Below the pieces are notes generated by a model, which saw only the letters and a program-made list of their open reading frames with translations, was not told where the DNA came from and searched no databases. Below are positions 40,458-49,457 of a DNA stretch of 64,000 nt, piece by piece (position 1 is the stretch's first letter; every line of letters starts with the position of its first letter). This stretch comes from Candidatus Multivoradales bacterium (lineage in GTDB: Bacteria > Acidobacteriota > Thermoanaerobaculia > Multivoradales > J023). The position numbers were made by a program, and so were the translations under genes. Where the stretch lies: assembly GCA_965248925.1 (NCBI GenBank), contig CBDFLE010000006.1, positions 3,264,001 to 3,328,000 of the forward strand. The letters are read 5' to 3'.

Positions 40458-40675
40458 GCGTGGCTGTGGTGGGCTATGCGGACTTCCTCCCAGTCCAAGA
40501 CCGGGTCGCCAGGATCTTGCAGTCGTTCCTGGGCTATCCGCAGATCTTCGTGGTCGTCCAGGTAGGCTTCGATGGCTTGCCGAATCACTTGGGCGCGCCG
40601 GCGCATGAGGCGCCGCGCGGCAGCGTCGAGTTCATGGACGAGTTGATCTGGGATGCGGGCGGTGATTTGAGACAT
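40448..40675 (-). CDS. Ribbon-helix-helix (CopG/RelB-like) antitoxin, orphan
   Basis: ITARIPDQLVHELD...RAQVIRQAIEAYLDD.EDL..A.ERL.DP..LDWEEV; GGAG RBS. Confidence 0.75.
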   Translation of the reverse strand: MSQITARIPDQLVHELDAAARRLMRRRAQVIRQAIEAYLDDHEDLRIAQERLQDPGDPVLDWEEVRIAHHSHAYR

Positions 40676-40769
40676 GATTACTCCGAGGGTCACACTAACA
40701 CGGCAGGTATTTCCGGGATCACTGAGCCGCGGGTGTCGCCTACTCAGACCGAACTTCGACTTCGCTCGC

Positions 40770-41636
40770 TCAAGAAGACTCGCCGAGCTGCCTCAGCCGG
40801 CGATACAGCTCACGCAGGGGCTGGTCGGGCTGGTGGAAGTCGAGGAAGCGGTCGAGGTGGTCGAGGGCGGGGGTCAGCCGCACCACCTTGCACCATTCGA
40901 GGAACGGCACCAGCAGGGGAGTGGCGTTCTGCAACTCCAGGCGTAACAGCTGGGCGGTGATGCCGCCTTCTTCCAGGAAGCCCGAGCTGCTATAGATCGC
41001 TAGGATCTCGCCTAGTTCGTAGGGCACTTGCCGGGGCTCGATCTGCCAGCTGTCGCCATCCCGTTCGAGAATGGCGTATTGGGCGCGGTGGTCGCGATTG
41101 AAGGGTAGGCCAACCGAGCCGACGTTGACCACTCGCCCCGCCGTGGTGTCGCGGATCAGCGGCCGGTGGGTGTGGGCGCAGACTAGCAGCGGTTCGGGAA
41201 TCGACTGCAAATGGCCGTGAAGCTCTTGGTCATCGGTCCAGGGGCCAATGCCGTCGCGGTTGGATCGTGGTGTGCCATGCACTATTCGCAGGGCTGGGCG
41301 GGTCAGTGCCAGGGGCAGAGCGGCGATGTATTCGATGTCTTGGGTGCTGAGATCGGCGGCCATGAATCGCGCTGCCGCCCATTCTTCGGTCGCCAACCAG
41401 TCGTCGGGAATCTCGCCGCGGCGAAAATCCAGCAAGTAATCTTCGTGGTTGCCTCGCAGAGCCGCGCAGCCGAGCCGACGAATCCGCTGTACCACCCGGC
41501 TTCCTTGGGGGCCGCGGCCGACCAGGTCTCCTGCCACCAGCAGCTCGTCGATCGCCTGCTGGTCGATATCGCGCAACACGGCGTCCAGAGCCGGCATGTT
41601 GCCGTGGATGTCGGCGATGATCGCGAGACGGGACAT
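40770..41636 (-). CDS. Calcineurin-like metallophosphoesterase
   Basis: DIHGN, GDLVGRGP, GNHE, HGTP, HTH, NVGSVG. Confidence 0.92.
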   Translation of the reverse strand: MSRLAIIADIHGNMPALDAVLRDIDQQAIDELLVAGDLVGRGPQGSRVVQRIRRLGCAALRGNHEDYLLDFRRGEIPDDWLATEEWAAARFMAADLSTQDIEYIAALPLALTRPALRIVHGTPRSNRDGIGPWTDDQELHGHLQSIPEPLLVCAHTHRPLIRDTTAGRVVNVGSVGLPFNRDHRAQYAILERDGDSWQIEPRQVPYELGEILAIYSSSGFLEEGGITAQLLRLELQNATPLLVPFLEWCKVVRLTPALDHLDRFLDFHQPDQPLRELYRRLRQLGESS

Positions 41637-41793
41637 GACCCGCCCAGGCTACCGTCCGCCATGCTGTCGGGCAAGCACCGCGACTCATTACCCACAGTAG
41701 ATTGCCAGGGCGTCACCTCCTGGGATAGCCTACCAAGAAAGATCTTGGGATGTTCCACGCCACATTCTCTAGCTAATACTCACCTGGGTTCCG

Positions 41794-43560
41794 ATGACAC
41801 AAAAGAAGGCAATCTTCAGGCGGTGTGTTCCTCTCCTGCTAACGGCATTCTTCTTGGCCAGCGCTGTTTTTGCAGTCTCGGCCAGCTACCGTGTCGCGGA
41901 TCTCTTGGTTCTCGCCCTGCTCTACTTTTTCTTGAGCTACGCTCTCTATACCGGAGCCGGACTTCTAGCCCGCTACGGATGGGTGACGGGCATGGCCGGC
42001 GCCTTTCTCTTTGCCTTCGTTCCTGTGTGGCATTTCAGGGAACAGACTTTCCTACCCGGTTCGATCCTCAGCGCGGTGCTCCTCGCCGCGTTGCTGGCGG
42101 TGCCTTGCTATCGGTTCGAGGGGCGACTGTTTGGCGGCCAGGGTGGTGGTCGCGGCTGGCGTGGCTTCATGCTTTCGACCCTGGCTGCGCTGGTGGTTTG
42201 GATGGGTGCTTATCAGGCGTCGCCGATGCTGCGCTGGCATCTACTGCGCCACAACACAATGCTCGGAACGCCCGCTTATTATTTGCTGGACGAACCGGTT
42301 CTGTCGCGTCAAGAGGACCTTTTCGCACGGCAGCAGATGATCAGTGGCCCACCACCAACCCTGGTCCAGCCTCTTCCCCCGCCGATCGAGGGCAACAATC
42401 CCAACATTGTCTTTGTTCTGCTCGACACTTTGCGGGCGGATGCGCTGGCGGTTCACGGCGGCGACCCCTCTCTCATGCCGCGTCTCAACAGATTCTTCGC
42501 CGACTCCTATCGCTTTACCGATGTCGTTTCCAGTGCCGGTTGGACCAGGCCCTCGGTGGCGTCATTCTTCACCGGCCTCTTATCAGAAGAGCACGGAGCC
42601 CGGCTGATCACCGACCCTCTAACGGCTGACAACATCACTCTAGCCGAGATTCTTAAGCAGCGTGGCTATCGTACGGCGGCCTTTGTCGCCAACGTTGCCG
42701 CGGTGAATCGAGACTTCGGATTCGCCCAGGGATTCGACACCTTCAAGGAATTCGATACCTTGCCGTACGCGCGGGCGGAAGAGGTCAAGAGGTACCTGCT
42801 GCGCTGGCTTGCCGCGACGCCAACCGCCGGTGCCAGCTGGTTTCTCTATCTGCATTTTCTCGATCCGCATGAGCCCTATCTCAGCGGCAAGGAACCGAGA
42901 GTCAAGACCCGGCAGAGCTATCTGAGAGCCTATCGGGAAGAACTCAAATATCTCGACCGGGAGTTGGGGGAAGTGCTGGATGCATTGCAGCGTTCGCTCC
43001 GAGGGCCAACGCTGATCTTCATCACTTCCGACCACGGTGAGGAATTCTTCGAGCACGAGCTTTTTGGACACGCCTACACCCTCTACGATGAGGTGCTGCG
43101 AATTCCAGCGGCTCTCTATGGCGTAGAAGGAGTGGGTGGCGAGATCACGGTACCCCTCGAGAGCCGTGACTTCTTCGATCTGCTGGTAGGCTCCGCCGCC
43201 GGTGAGCTGGCGGTCGACGACTGGTCACGCCGCAAGGCTCGTGATCGACGCTACTCCTCACTCTATTTTGGTTCCGAGGGTCGCCTGTTCTTGCGCCCCT
43301 ACCTGCGGCATGTGTGTACCCGGACTTTGGAAGAAGAAGGCTTCAAGCTCATTTGGTCGGCCTATGGTGACACCTACGAACTCTACGATCTCAGGCACGA
43401 CCCTGGAGAGCGGCACAATCTGGCGGCGGTGGAGCCCGAGCGGGTGGCGAGAATGGCTACCGCCTTTGATGCCCAGGTACGGTTCTGGACCCAACCCGGC
43501 CCAGTCGAGCTTTCCGACCAGGCCGCCGAACGGTTGAGGGCGCTGGGCTATCTGGATTGA
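41794..43560 (+). CDS. Membrane-anchored sulfatase-superfamily protein
   Basis: N-terminal TMs; DTLRAD, WTRPS, DPHEPY, SDHGEEF, ELYDL..DPGE, LRALGY. Confidence 0.88.
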   Translation: MTQKKAIFRRCVPLLLTAFFLASAVFAVSASYRVADLLVLALLYFFLSYALYTGAGLLARYGWVTGMAGAFLFAFVPVWHFREQTFLPGSILSAVLLAALLAVPCYRFEGRLFGGQGGGRGWRGFMLSTLAALVVWMGAYQASPMLRWHLLRHNTMLGTPAYYLLDEPVLSRQEDLFARQQMISGPPPTLVQPLPPPIEGNNPNIVFVLLDTLRADALAVHGGDPSLMPRLNRFFADSYRFTDVVSSAGWTRPSVASFFTGLLSEEHGARLITDPLTADNITLAEILKQRGYRTAAFVANVAAVNRDFGFAQGFDTFKEFDTLPYARAEEVKRYLLRWLAATPTAGASWFLYLHFLDPHEPYLSGKEPRVKTRQSYLRAYREELKYLDRELGEVLDALQRSLRGPTLIFITSDHGEEFFEHELFGHAYTLYDEVLRIPAALYGVEGVGGEITVPLESRDFFDLLVGSAAGELAVDDWSRRKARDRRYSSLYFGSEGRLFLRPYLRHVCTRTLEEEGFKLIWSAYGDTYELYDLRHDPGERHNLAAVEPERVARMATAFDAQVRFWTQPGPVELSDQAAERLRALGYLD

Positions 43561-43615
43561 TGGCTGGACACTGACTGAGGAACAAGAACCGGCCGCGCCG
43601 GTTAGCTTACCTATC

Positions 43616-44470
43616 ATGGCTTCGTATCGATTCTGTCGACCCGACGATATTCCGCGCCTGGTGCAGGCGATCAACGATTGCTACTTGCCACATTTTTCTG
43701 GCTGTGAGGAGTTCACGGTCGAGGATTTTCGCCGCGAGATGCTCGAACTCAGCGTCTGGCCGAGCAACTGCATGATGGCGATTGGCGGCGAGGATCCGAT
43801 CGCGGTGATGATCGGTACCAAGCGCCAGCATGAAGTGCTGGTGCTGCGGCTGGCGGCGGCGCCGGGGCACCAGCGCCGGGGTCATTGTGGCCACATGCTC
43901 AACTCTCTGAGCCAGAAGCTGGCGGTGCTCGGACCGCCACGATTGATTGCCGAAGTGCCAGCCGAGCTGGCAGGGGTCAACGAGGTTTTCACTGCTTTGG
44001 GGTATCAGGCCGAAGAGTCCTATTACGACTATCAGCGAACACCAGTGGACAGCGCGGCGGTGCCAGCCGAGCTGGTGTTCCCTATTTCGGTTGAAGAGCT
44101 GGTCGCAGGCGGCGAGCTGCTGCCTGCGGAGCACGGGGTTGCCTGGCAGCGTTGCCGGCAGACTCTGGAGCAGCGGGGGGGGACACAAGGACTTGCCATC
44201 GCTTCACCTGAACGCCTCGAAGCGGTGCTGGTCTATGGTCAGCCGCGTCGCCAAAGCGCTATCGAAGTGCTGTCCCTGGCGGTCGCCGACGGTAACCGCC
44301 AGGAACTTTTCGCCGATCTGCTGATTCGGGCGTTGGCGGCAACCACCGATCAGCCTTTGCGGCTGCCCAAGTTGGCGGCGGGAGAGCTACCCAGCGAGCT
44401 TTTAGGCCGGCTTGGCTTCGTGCGCGGTCGCCGCTACCAGCGGGTAGCGGTAGTGCCGCAGCCGGGTTAG
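43616..44470 (+). CDS. GNAT-family acetyltransferase
   Basis: PGHQRRGHC acetyl-CoA motif, ALGY / RLGF; tandem GNAT-like halves. Confidence 0.7.
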   Translation: MASYRFCRPDDIPRLVQAINDCYLPHFSGCEEFTVEDFRREMLELSVWPSNCMMAIGGEDPIAVMIGTKRQHEVLVLRLAAAPGHQRRGHCGHMLNSLSQKLAVLGPPRLIAEVPAELAGVNEVFTALGYQAEESYYDYQRTPVDSAAVPAELVFPISVEELVAGGELLPAEHGVAWQRCRQTLEQRGGTQGLAIASPERLEAVLVYGQPRRQSAIEVLSLAVADGNRQELFADLLIRALAATTDQPLRLPKLAAGELPSELLGRLGFVRGRRYQRVAVVPQPG

Positions 44471-44528
44471 GAATCGAGGACAGGAGCCAGCGACCGGGGC
44501 AAGCCCGGCCGCTGCTGGTTGCTGAGGA

Positions 44529-46490
44529 TCAGAGGCAGACGTCGACCGCGGGTGGGAAGCCGAAGTCGGCGCCGACGTTGTCGGTGCAGGTCAGTCCTGG
44601 TTGGCACTCATTGTCGTTGTCACAATCGCCCTGGCCAGCGGCACAAGGTCCGCACTCGGTGCAGAAACGACCGTTTCCCGCGGGTAGCGGGCAGCTGCCA
44701 CCACCCCCACCGGGTTGGGTGCAGACATCGATGTTGGGATTGAAGCCGAAATCGGCACCGACGTTGTCGCTGCACACCAGTCCCGGCTGGCACTGAGCAT
44801 CGTTGTCGCAATCACCTTGGCCGACGGCACAGGGTCCACAATCGACACAGAAACGGCCATGTCCGGCCGGAAGCGGGCAGCTACCGCCTCCGCCGCCACC
44901 ACCGCCGCCTCCCGCTTGGGTGCAAACGTCGATGTTGGGGTTGAAGCCGAAGTCGGCGCCGACATCGTTGGTGCAGACCAACCCCGCTTGGCATTCGCTG
45001 TCGCGGTCACAATCGCCCTCGCCGGCGGCACAAGGTCCGCAATCGGTGCAGAAGCGGCCGCTGCCCAGGGCGACTGGACAGCTGCCTCCTCCGCCTCCTC
45101 CGCCTCCCCCAGCTAGTGCCGCCTTGATCAGAGCACCATCCGCCATGGTGACACTCACTGTGGGGATGACGATGCTGTTGTCGGTGCCGCTCATTCCGGG
45201 CGGGCCGCCAGCGACGTTGTTGACGATGATCACGCCGCGGGCGCCAGCGGCCTGGGCGTTGGCCACTTTGACCGTGAAGTTGCAGGCGCCACGGTCGATC
45301 AGCGCCAGGCGGCCGTTGACCTGTCCTGGGTTGACGACGGCGCCGCAAGCCTGGTTGGGGTTGGCCGAATTGTCACGGGCCAGGGCGATGTTGCCGCTGA
45401 TCGGAACCGCGGACAGCGGTGGGCCGAAGGATGCCGTGCCCACCACGTAGGCGCCCGCGATCGAGGCCGGTGAGTTGATCCGCAGGGTGGGCGCGGAGGT
45501 CAACAGGTTGCGGGCGTTGGCGGTGACCCGGTTGCCGACCCAGGCCACCTGGCCGTCGTTGGTGGCTGACTGCACGCGCTCGCTGTCGCTCATGTTGCTC
45601 CAGCGCTTGCGGATCTGGTTGTCGAAGACGAAACGGTCGTAGATATCCGGCGTGTTCATGAACTGCGCGCCGGTGGTGACGTTGGTGAAGTTCGAGAAGC
45701 CCAAGCCGTGCGCGATCTCGTGCATGGCCACGTTGACAAAGCTGATCGTGCTGGCCGGTACATTGCCGTTCAAGTCGTAGGTGTAGCGCGAGCTGCCGCC
45801 GAGGCAGTTCTCGTCGATTGCGCTATTGAAGGTCACGCCGACGTCGGCGGCGTTGGCATTGCTGGTGTCTTGGAGGCTGAGATTCTGGCCGCTGAGTGCT
45901 TCCGCCAGCGGCCCGTGATGCCAGTGGCCGGCCACCGGCGCCCCAGGGAAATTGCGAAATAGGAAGTTGGCGCTGGCCTGGGCCAAGGTGCCGCGGTTGT
46001 TGGCGCAGGTCAGGGCGTCGAAGCTGACACCGATATTGATGCGCACCGAGCTGCCTAGCAGCTGCTCCCATTGGTCGGCGACGAACTGGATCGCCGCCCG
46101 CCGCCGAGCACCGAGTGTTGGGTCGTTGAAGCCACTGGTTGAGTTGTCCTCAAAGCGTATGGTCACCTGCGAGGTACCGGGCTGCCAGCCAATGTCGCCC
46201 AGCTGGTGAATCGTCAAGTCGACTCCGGCAAAAGGCAGGCTGCCGGAAATCTGAGGCTCCATCAGCAAATCGGGAGTAGCCCTGAGATCGAAATGAGAAA
46301 TCGAGGAGCCGGGGGCGAGAGGCGAGGGTGCAAAGACCAACACCCGGCCGTCCTGGTCAGTTCCCGCCGGGTTGTTCGGGTCTACCAACAGGCTGCCGTT
46401 GACGGTCTGTGCCGCCACCGACAGGCTGCCGAGCAGCACGATGGTGAGCAGGGCGAGGGCAATTCGGCAGAGCAGGGGATGGCGATGCAT
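44529..46490 (-). CDS. Secreted HEXXH metallopeptidase with PA domain and three Cys-rich repeats
   Basis: Signal peptide, HEIAHGLGF, PA motif IDRGACNFTVKVANAQAAGA; GGAGG RBS before ATG 46490. Confidence 0.85.
   Translation of the reverse strand: MHRHPLLCRIALALLTIVLLGSLSVAAQTVNGSLLVDPNNPAGTDQDGRVLVFAPSPLAPGSSISHFDLRATPDLLMEPQISGSLPFAGVDLTIHQLGDIGWQPGTSQVTIRFEDNSTSGFNDPTLGARRRAAIQFVADQWEQLLGSSVRINIGVSFDALTCANNRGTLAQASANFLFRNFPGAPVAGHWHHGPLAEALSGQNLSLQDTSNANAADVGVTFNSAIDENCLGGSSRYTYDLNGNVPASTISFVNVAMHEIAHGLGFSNFTNVTTGAQFMNTPDIYDRFVFDNQIRKRWSNMSDSERVQSATNDGQVAWVGNRVTANARNLLTSAPTLRINSPASIAGAYVVGTASFGPPLSAVPISGNIALARDNSANPNQACGAVVNPGQVNGRLALIDRGACNFTVKVANAQAAGARGVIIVNNVAGGPPGMSGTDNSIVIPTVSVTMADGALIKAALAGGGGGGGGGSCPVALGSGRFCTDCGPCAAGEGDCDRDSECQAGLVCTNDVGADFGFNPNIDVCTQAGGGGGGGGGGSCPLPAGHGRFCVDCGPCAVGQGDCDNDAQCQPGLVCSDNVGADFGFNPNIDVCTQPGGGGGSCPLPAGNGRFCTECGPCAAGQGDCDNDNECQPGLTCTDNVGADFGFPPAVDVCL
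44532..45084 (-). repeat. Three ~55-aa 8-Cys repeats joined by poly-Gly linkers
   Basis: SCPxxxGxGRFCxxCGPCAxG(E/Q)GDCDxDxxCQxGLxCxxxVGADFGFxPxxDVC x3. Confidence 0.93.
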
Positions 46491-46492
46491 GG

Positions 46493-47017
46493 CTATCTTT
46501 CCTCCTGCTCGGTTGCCGCCGCCGGCGGGTTGGGCGCAGTGGTGGCGCTCAGCGCCGCCTCGGCATGCTCGGGATGGTCGAAGCAAGATGTCGACAAGGT
46601 GCCGTCGGCGTGCAGATGGGCGATCAAAGCGTTGCGAAAACGTCCGCCGAGGTGGACACCGACGCCCCCGTACTGCAACTCGAAGGGTTCTAGCCCGGCG
46701 CTGGAACGGCTCATTGCCTTGGCGGTTGCCGGGTCCAGCTTGTCGAACGACTCGCCTTGCGGCAGGGTGGTGATCTCGCCGCTGACCGGATCGCGATAGG
46801 CGCGCAAATCGGCGGCCGGTGGAGTCGTGTCGCGCCCCGCTTCAGGCTCGCGGGTGACAGCGGTGCTTGGGGTTGCTGCAACCACTGCCGGCTCACTCGG
46901 GGTGACCTCCGGGGTCTGCTGTTGACCAAGCGCAGTGCTAGCGGCGACCCAGCTGAGAATCAGCAAGGCTGCAAGTGGCCATCCATGATGGGTGAAGTTA
47001 GATGTCTTCTTGAGCAT
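46493..47017 (-). CDS. Secreted partner of the PA peptidase (post-PEP-CTERM-1-like domain)
   Basis: Signal peptide; RAYRDPVSGE, SRSSAGL, GGVGVHLGGRF, DGTLSTSC; stop 2 nt before the peptidase start. Confidence 0.7.
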   Translation of the reverse strand: MLKKTSNFTHHGWPLAALLILSWVAASTALGQQQTPEVTPSEPAVVAATPSTAVTREPEAGRDTTPPAADLRAYRDPVSGEITTLPQGESFDKLDPATAKAMSRSSAGLEPFELQYGGVGVHLGGRFRNALIAHLHADGTLSTSCFDHPEHAEAALSATTAPNPPAAATEQEER

Positions 47018-47116
47018 CTCCAGTCTCCTATTTGGCTGGGTGAGCTATGTGCCCTGAGCATAACAGTGTAAGTCCGAGATTCAACGCAAGTGGCATACCG
47101 ATATATCGAAGTGAGC

Positions 47117-48508
47117 TCAAAACGGCTCCTGGCCTTGCCGCCGTCGTTCCCAGGCGGTGGTATCTCCGCTCTCGAAGCCGTCCGCGAACAAGGGCAAATC
47201 ATCGGCCGCTGACCGGTTCACCAGCAGAGGTATCGTCGGGTCGCCGCGCACTGCCAAGTCGCGATAACGACGCCAGCGTGCTTTGGGCACCAGATCCTGG
47301 TCGAGCAGGCCGATTCGGTTAGGCAGCTCGTCGTCGGGTGCTCGGCAGTTGAAGTTCAGGTCGGTGGCCTTGAAATACAGCAAGTGGTCGACGCCGGCAT
47401 TGGCCAGGCAGATCAGCAAGTCGCTAACGATCTGAGTGTGGACCTGCTCGGCCATGGAGTTGAGGTGCGGGCAGCGAGTCACCGAGTCGATCACATGGGT
47501 CTCGCTGACCGCCAGCGGCAGCCGAGCCTTTCCGGCTTGGCCGAGCAGCTGACGAGCGCGGTGGACAATGCGCCTCATGGGCGCCAAATCATTGAAGTAG
47601 AGGTGGATCGACAGCACGTCGAAGCGGCCTTCGCTGACGATCTGTGCCAGCCAAGAATCAGCATTCTCGGTCCAAGGATGGAACAGCAGCGCTGGCGCCC
47701 ACACCCGCGCTTCGGGATCTGAGCGATGGATCTCCTCGCTGGCGACTTCGAGTAGGTCCAGGTACTGTCGCGGTGTGCCTTGGAAGCTGCTGCCCAGGTT
47801 GGGTTCGTTCCAGATTTCCCAATCGTGTACCAGGTCGGAGCCGGCTGCTCCCCAGCGGTTCACCGCCGCGGCGACGAAGCGGCGCCAATGCTCGAGATTT
47901 AAGGCCGGATACCTCTCCGGATGCTCCGGGTCGTTGCCGCTCGACGCCCACAGCGGCGTACCCCTCAGGGTCACTACTGGATGTAGGCCGTGGCGGCCAT
48001 ATGCTTCAAAATGGGGGTCGTACTTGTGCCACTGCCAGCTGCCCGGCTGTTCCTCCAGCACCTCCCAATGGACCTTGGTGCCGACGTAGTACGCCCCGGC
48101 TTCTCGCAAGCGTTCGGCCACCAAATCGTGTCCCGGTGTATCCCAGTGGATTTCCTTGGCAGAGATGCCGAAGAAAGTAGGTGAGATCGGTCGTAGGTGA
48201 TGTCCGTCGAGGCTACAGAAGGGATCCTCGGCAGAATTGGCGGCGGCCAGAGCTTGCCAGTGCTGCGGATCGATGGGTTGCGACCGCCGCGGTCGAGCGA
48301 GGGGCGAGCTGGGTGGTCCGCTGGTGGCACAGCCAACCAGGAAGATGATCGCTACGAGAGCGCTGATCCGACTGAGATTGGCGGCGGTGAGTTGCGTTTT
48401 TGAAGGCCGCAGACACTGAGGTGGGCGTTGGCTGGTAGGCGAATCTGGCAGCTGGATAGCCGGACGCTCGGACCGCGAAAGAGGTTGTGGTTCACTCCGA
48501 CTCGGCAT
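47117..48508 (-). CDS. Clan GH-A glycoside hydrolase (GH5/GH39-like), probable lipoprotein
   Basis: Lipobox LVGC, WEIWNEPN, FDVLSIHLY, AVSETH; C-terminal LFADGFESGDTTAW. Start uncertain. Confidence 0.8.
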   Translation of the reverse strand: MPSRSEPQPLSRSERPAIQLPDSPTSQRPPQCLRPSKTQLTAANLSRISALVAIIFLVGCATSGPPSSPLARPRRSQPIDPQHWQALAAANSAEDPFCSLDGHHLRPISPTFFGISAKEIHWDTPGHDLVAERLREAGAYYVGTKVHWEVLEEQPGSWQWHKYDPHFEAYGRHGLHPVVTLRGTPLWASSGNDPEHPERYPALNLEHWRRFVAAAVNRWGAAGSDLVHDWEIWNEPNLGSSFQGTPRQYLDLLEVASEEIHRSDPEARVWAPALLFHPWTENADSWLAQIVSEGRFDVLSIHLYFNDLAPMRRIVHRARQLLGQAGKARLPLAVSETHVIDSVTRCPHLNSMAEQVHTQIVSDLLICLANAGVDHLLYFKATDLNFNCRAPDDELPNRIGLLDQDLVPKARWRRYRDLAVRGDPTIPLLVNRSAADDLPLFADGFESGDTTAWERRRQGQEPF

Positions 48509-49406
48509 CGCCTTGCTCCGCTAGCTGCATCCTTGCTTCCACCTCACGGTAGTGCTGTTCGATGGCTTCTGCATTGGCCGCCGCCCGGCGCCGTAGTCGG
48601 ATCATCAGCACCAGAAGCAGCACGCTCAGAATGCCGGCGAAGCCGAGCAGGGCGCTTGGCGGCAGCGCAGTAAGCCTGGCTTCGAGCGCGCTGATGGCGC
48701 TGACTAACGCGCCGCCATGCAGCGTGCTGAGCAGCGCTGCGATTGCCAAGGCGGGGCCGAAGGGGCCGTGTTGTTGCTCATGGGTCCACAGCCGGATCAG
48801 GCCGAGGACGACACCGATGGGAAATGACAGGGCCAGCGCCAGGACGGTGGGCAGAGGGCCCAAGAAGGCGCCGATCAGCAGCAGCAGCTTGGCGTCTCCC
48901 ATGCCCATCACTTCGGCTCTGGCCCACAGGCCAAAGATTCGCCGAATCGCTTCGAGGGCGATAAATCCGAGCAGCGCTCCCCACAACGACAAGATCAGAC
49001 CGCCGAGCCAAGCAGGAGAATCTTCCATGCCGATCATCAGCAGCAGACCGTCTTGACCAAAGCTGCTCGCAATGCGGCTGGGCCAGAGGGTGTTGAGCGA
49101 CACCGCCAGCAGGGCGCCCGGGAAGGTCAGTCGATCCGGAATCAGCTGCAACCACAGGTCGGCGGCGGTGGTTGCCAGCAATAAGAGGGCCAGGGCGTAG
49201 GTGGCCAAACACGGTAGCCCACTGCCGCAGCGTAGCGCTACCCAGACGAAGAGCAGCGCGCCCGCCGCCTCCATCCACGGCCGGCGGAAGGGTTTTGGCT
49301 GCCGGCTCATGCCGAGGGTCCGCGGCAGCAAGCGGTGGCTCCAAGCAGCCAACGCGACACCTGCCAGAGCGGCTATCGACAAGCGGAGAAACAAGGCCAT
49401 TTCCAT
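48492..49406 (-). CDS. Prepilin peptidase (A24) without N-terminal Zn domain
   Basis: ADLWLQLIPD, MGMGDAKL, PFGPAL. Confidence 0.85.
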   Translation of the reverse strand: MEMALFLRLSIAALAGVALAAWSHRLLPRTLGMSRQPKPFRRPWMEAAGALLFVWVALRCGSGLPCLATYALALLLLATTAADLWLQLIPDRLTFPGALLAVSLNTLWPSRIASSFGQDGLLLMIGMEDSPAWLGGLILSLWGALLGFIALEAIRRIFGLWARAEVMGMGDAKLLLLIGAFLGPLPTVLALALSFPIGVVLGLIRLWTHEQQHGPFGPALAIAALLSTLHGGALVSAISALEARLTALPPSALLGFAGILSVLLLVLMIRLRRRAAANAEAIEQHYREVEARMQLAEQGDAESE

Positions 49407-49457
49407 ACCCCGAAGCATGGCAGATTTTCACCGTCAACAGCTATGATTGGCTCCTCG

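Noticed and set aside
44532-45110. Possible CRISPR or DNA repeat array
   Set aside because: Repeats are in-frame protein modules with synonymous variation and no unique spacers; no cas genes.
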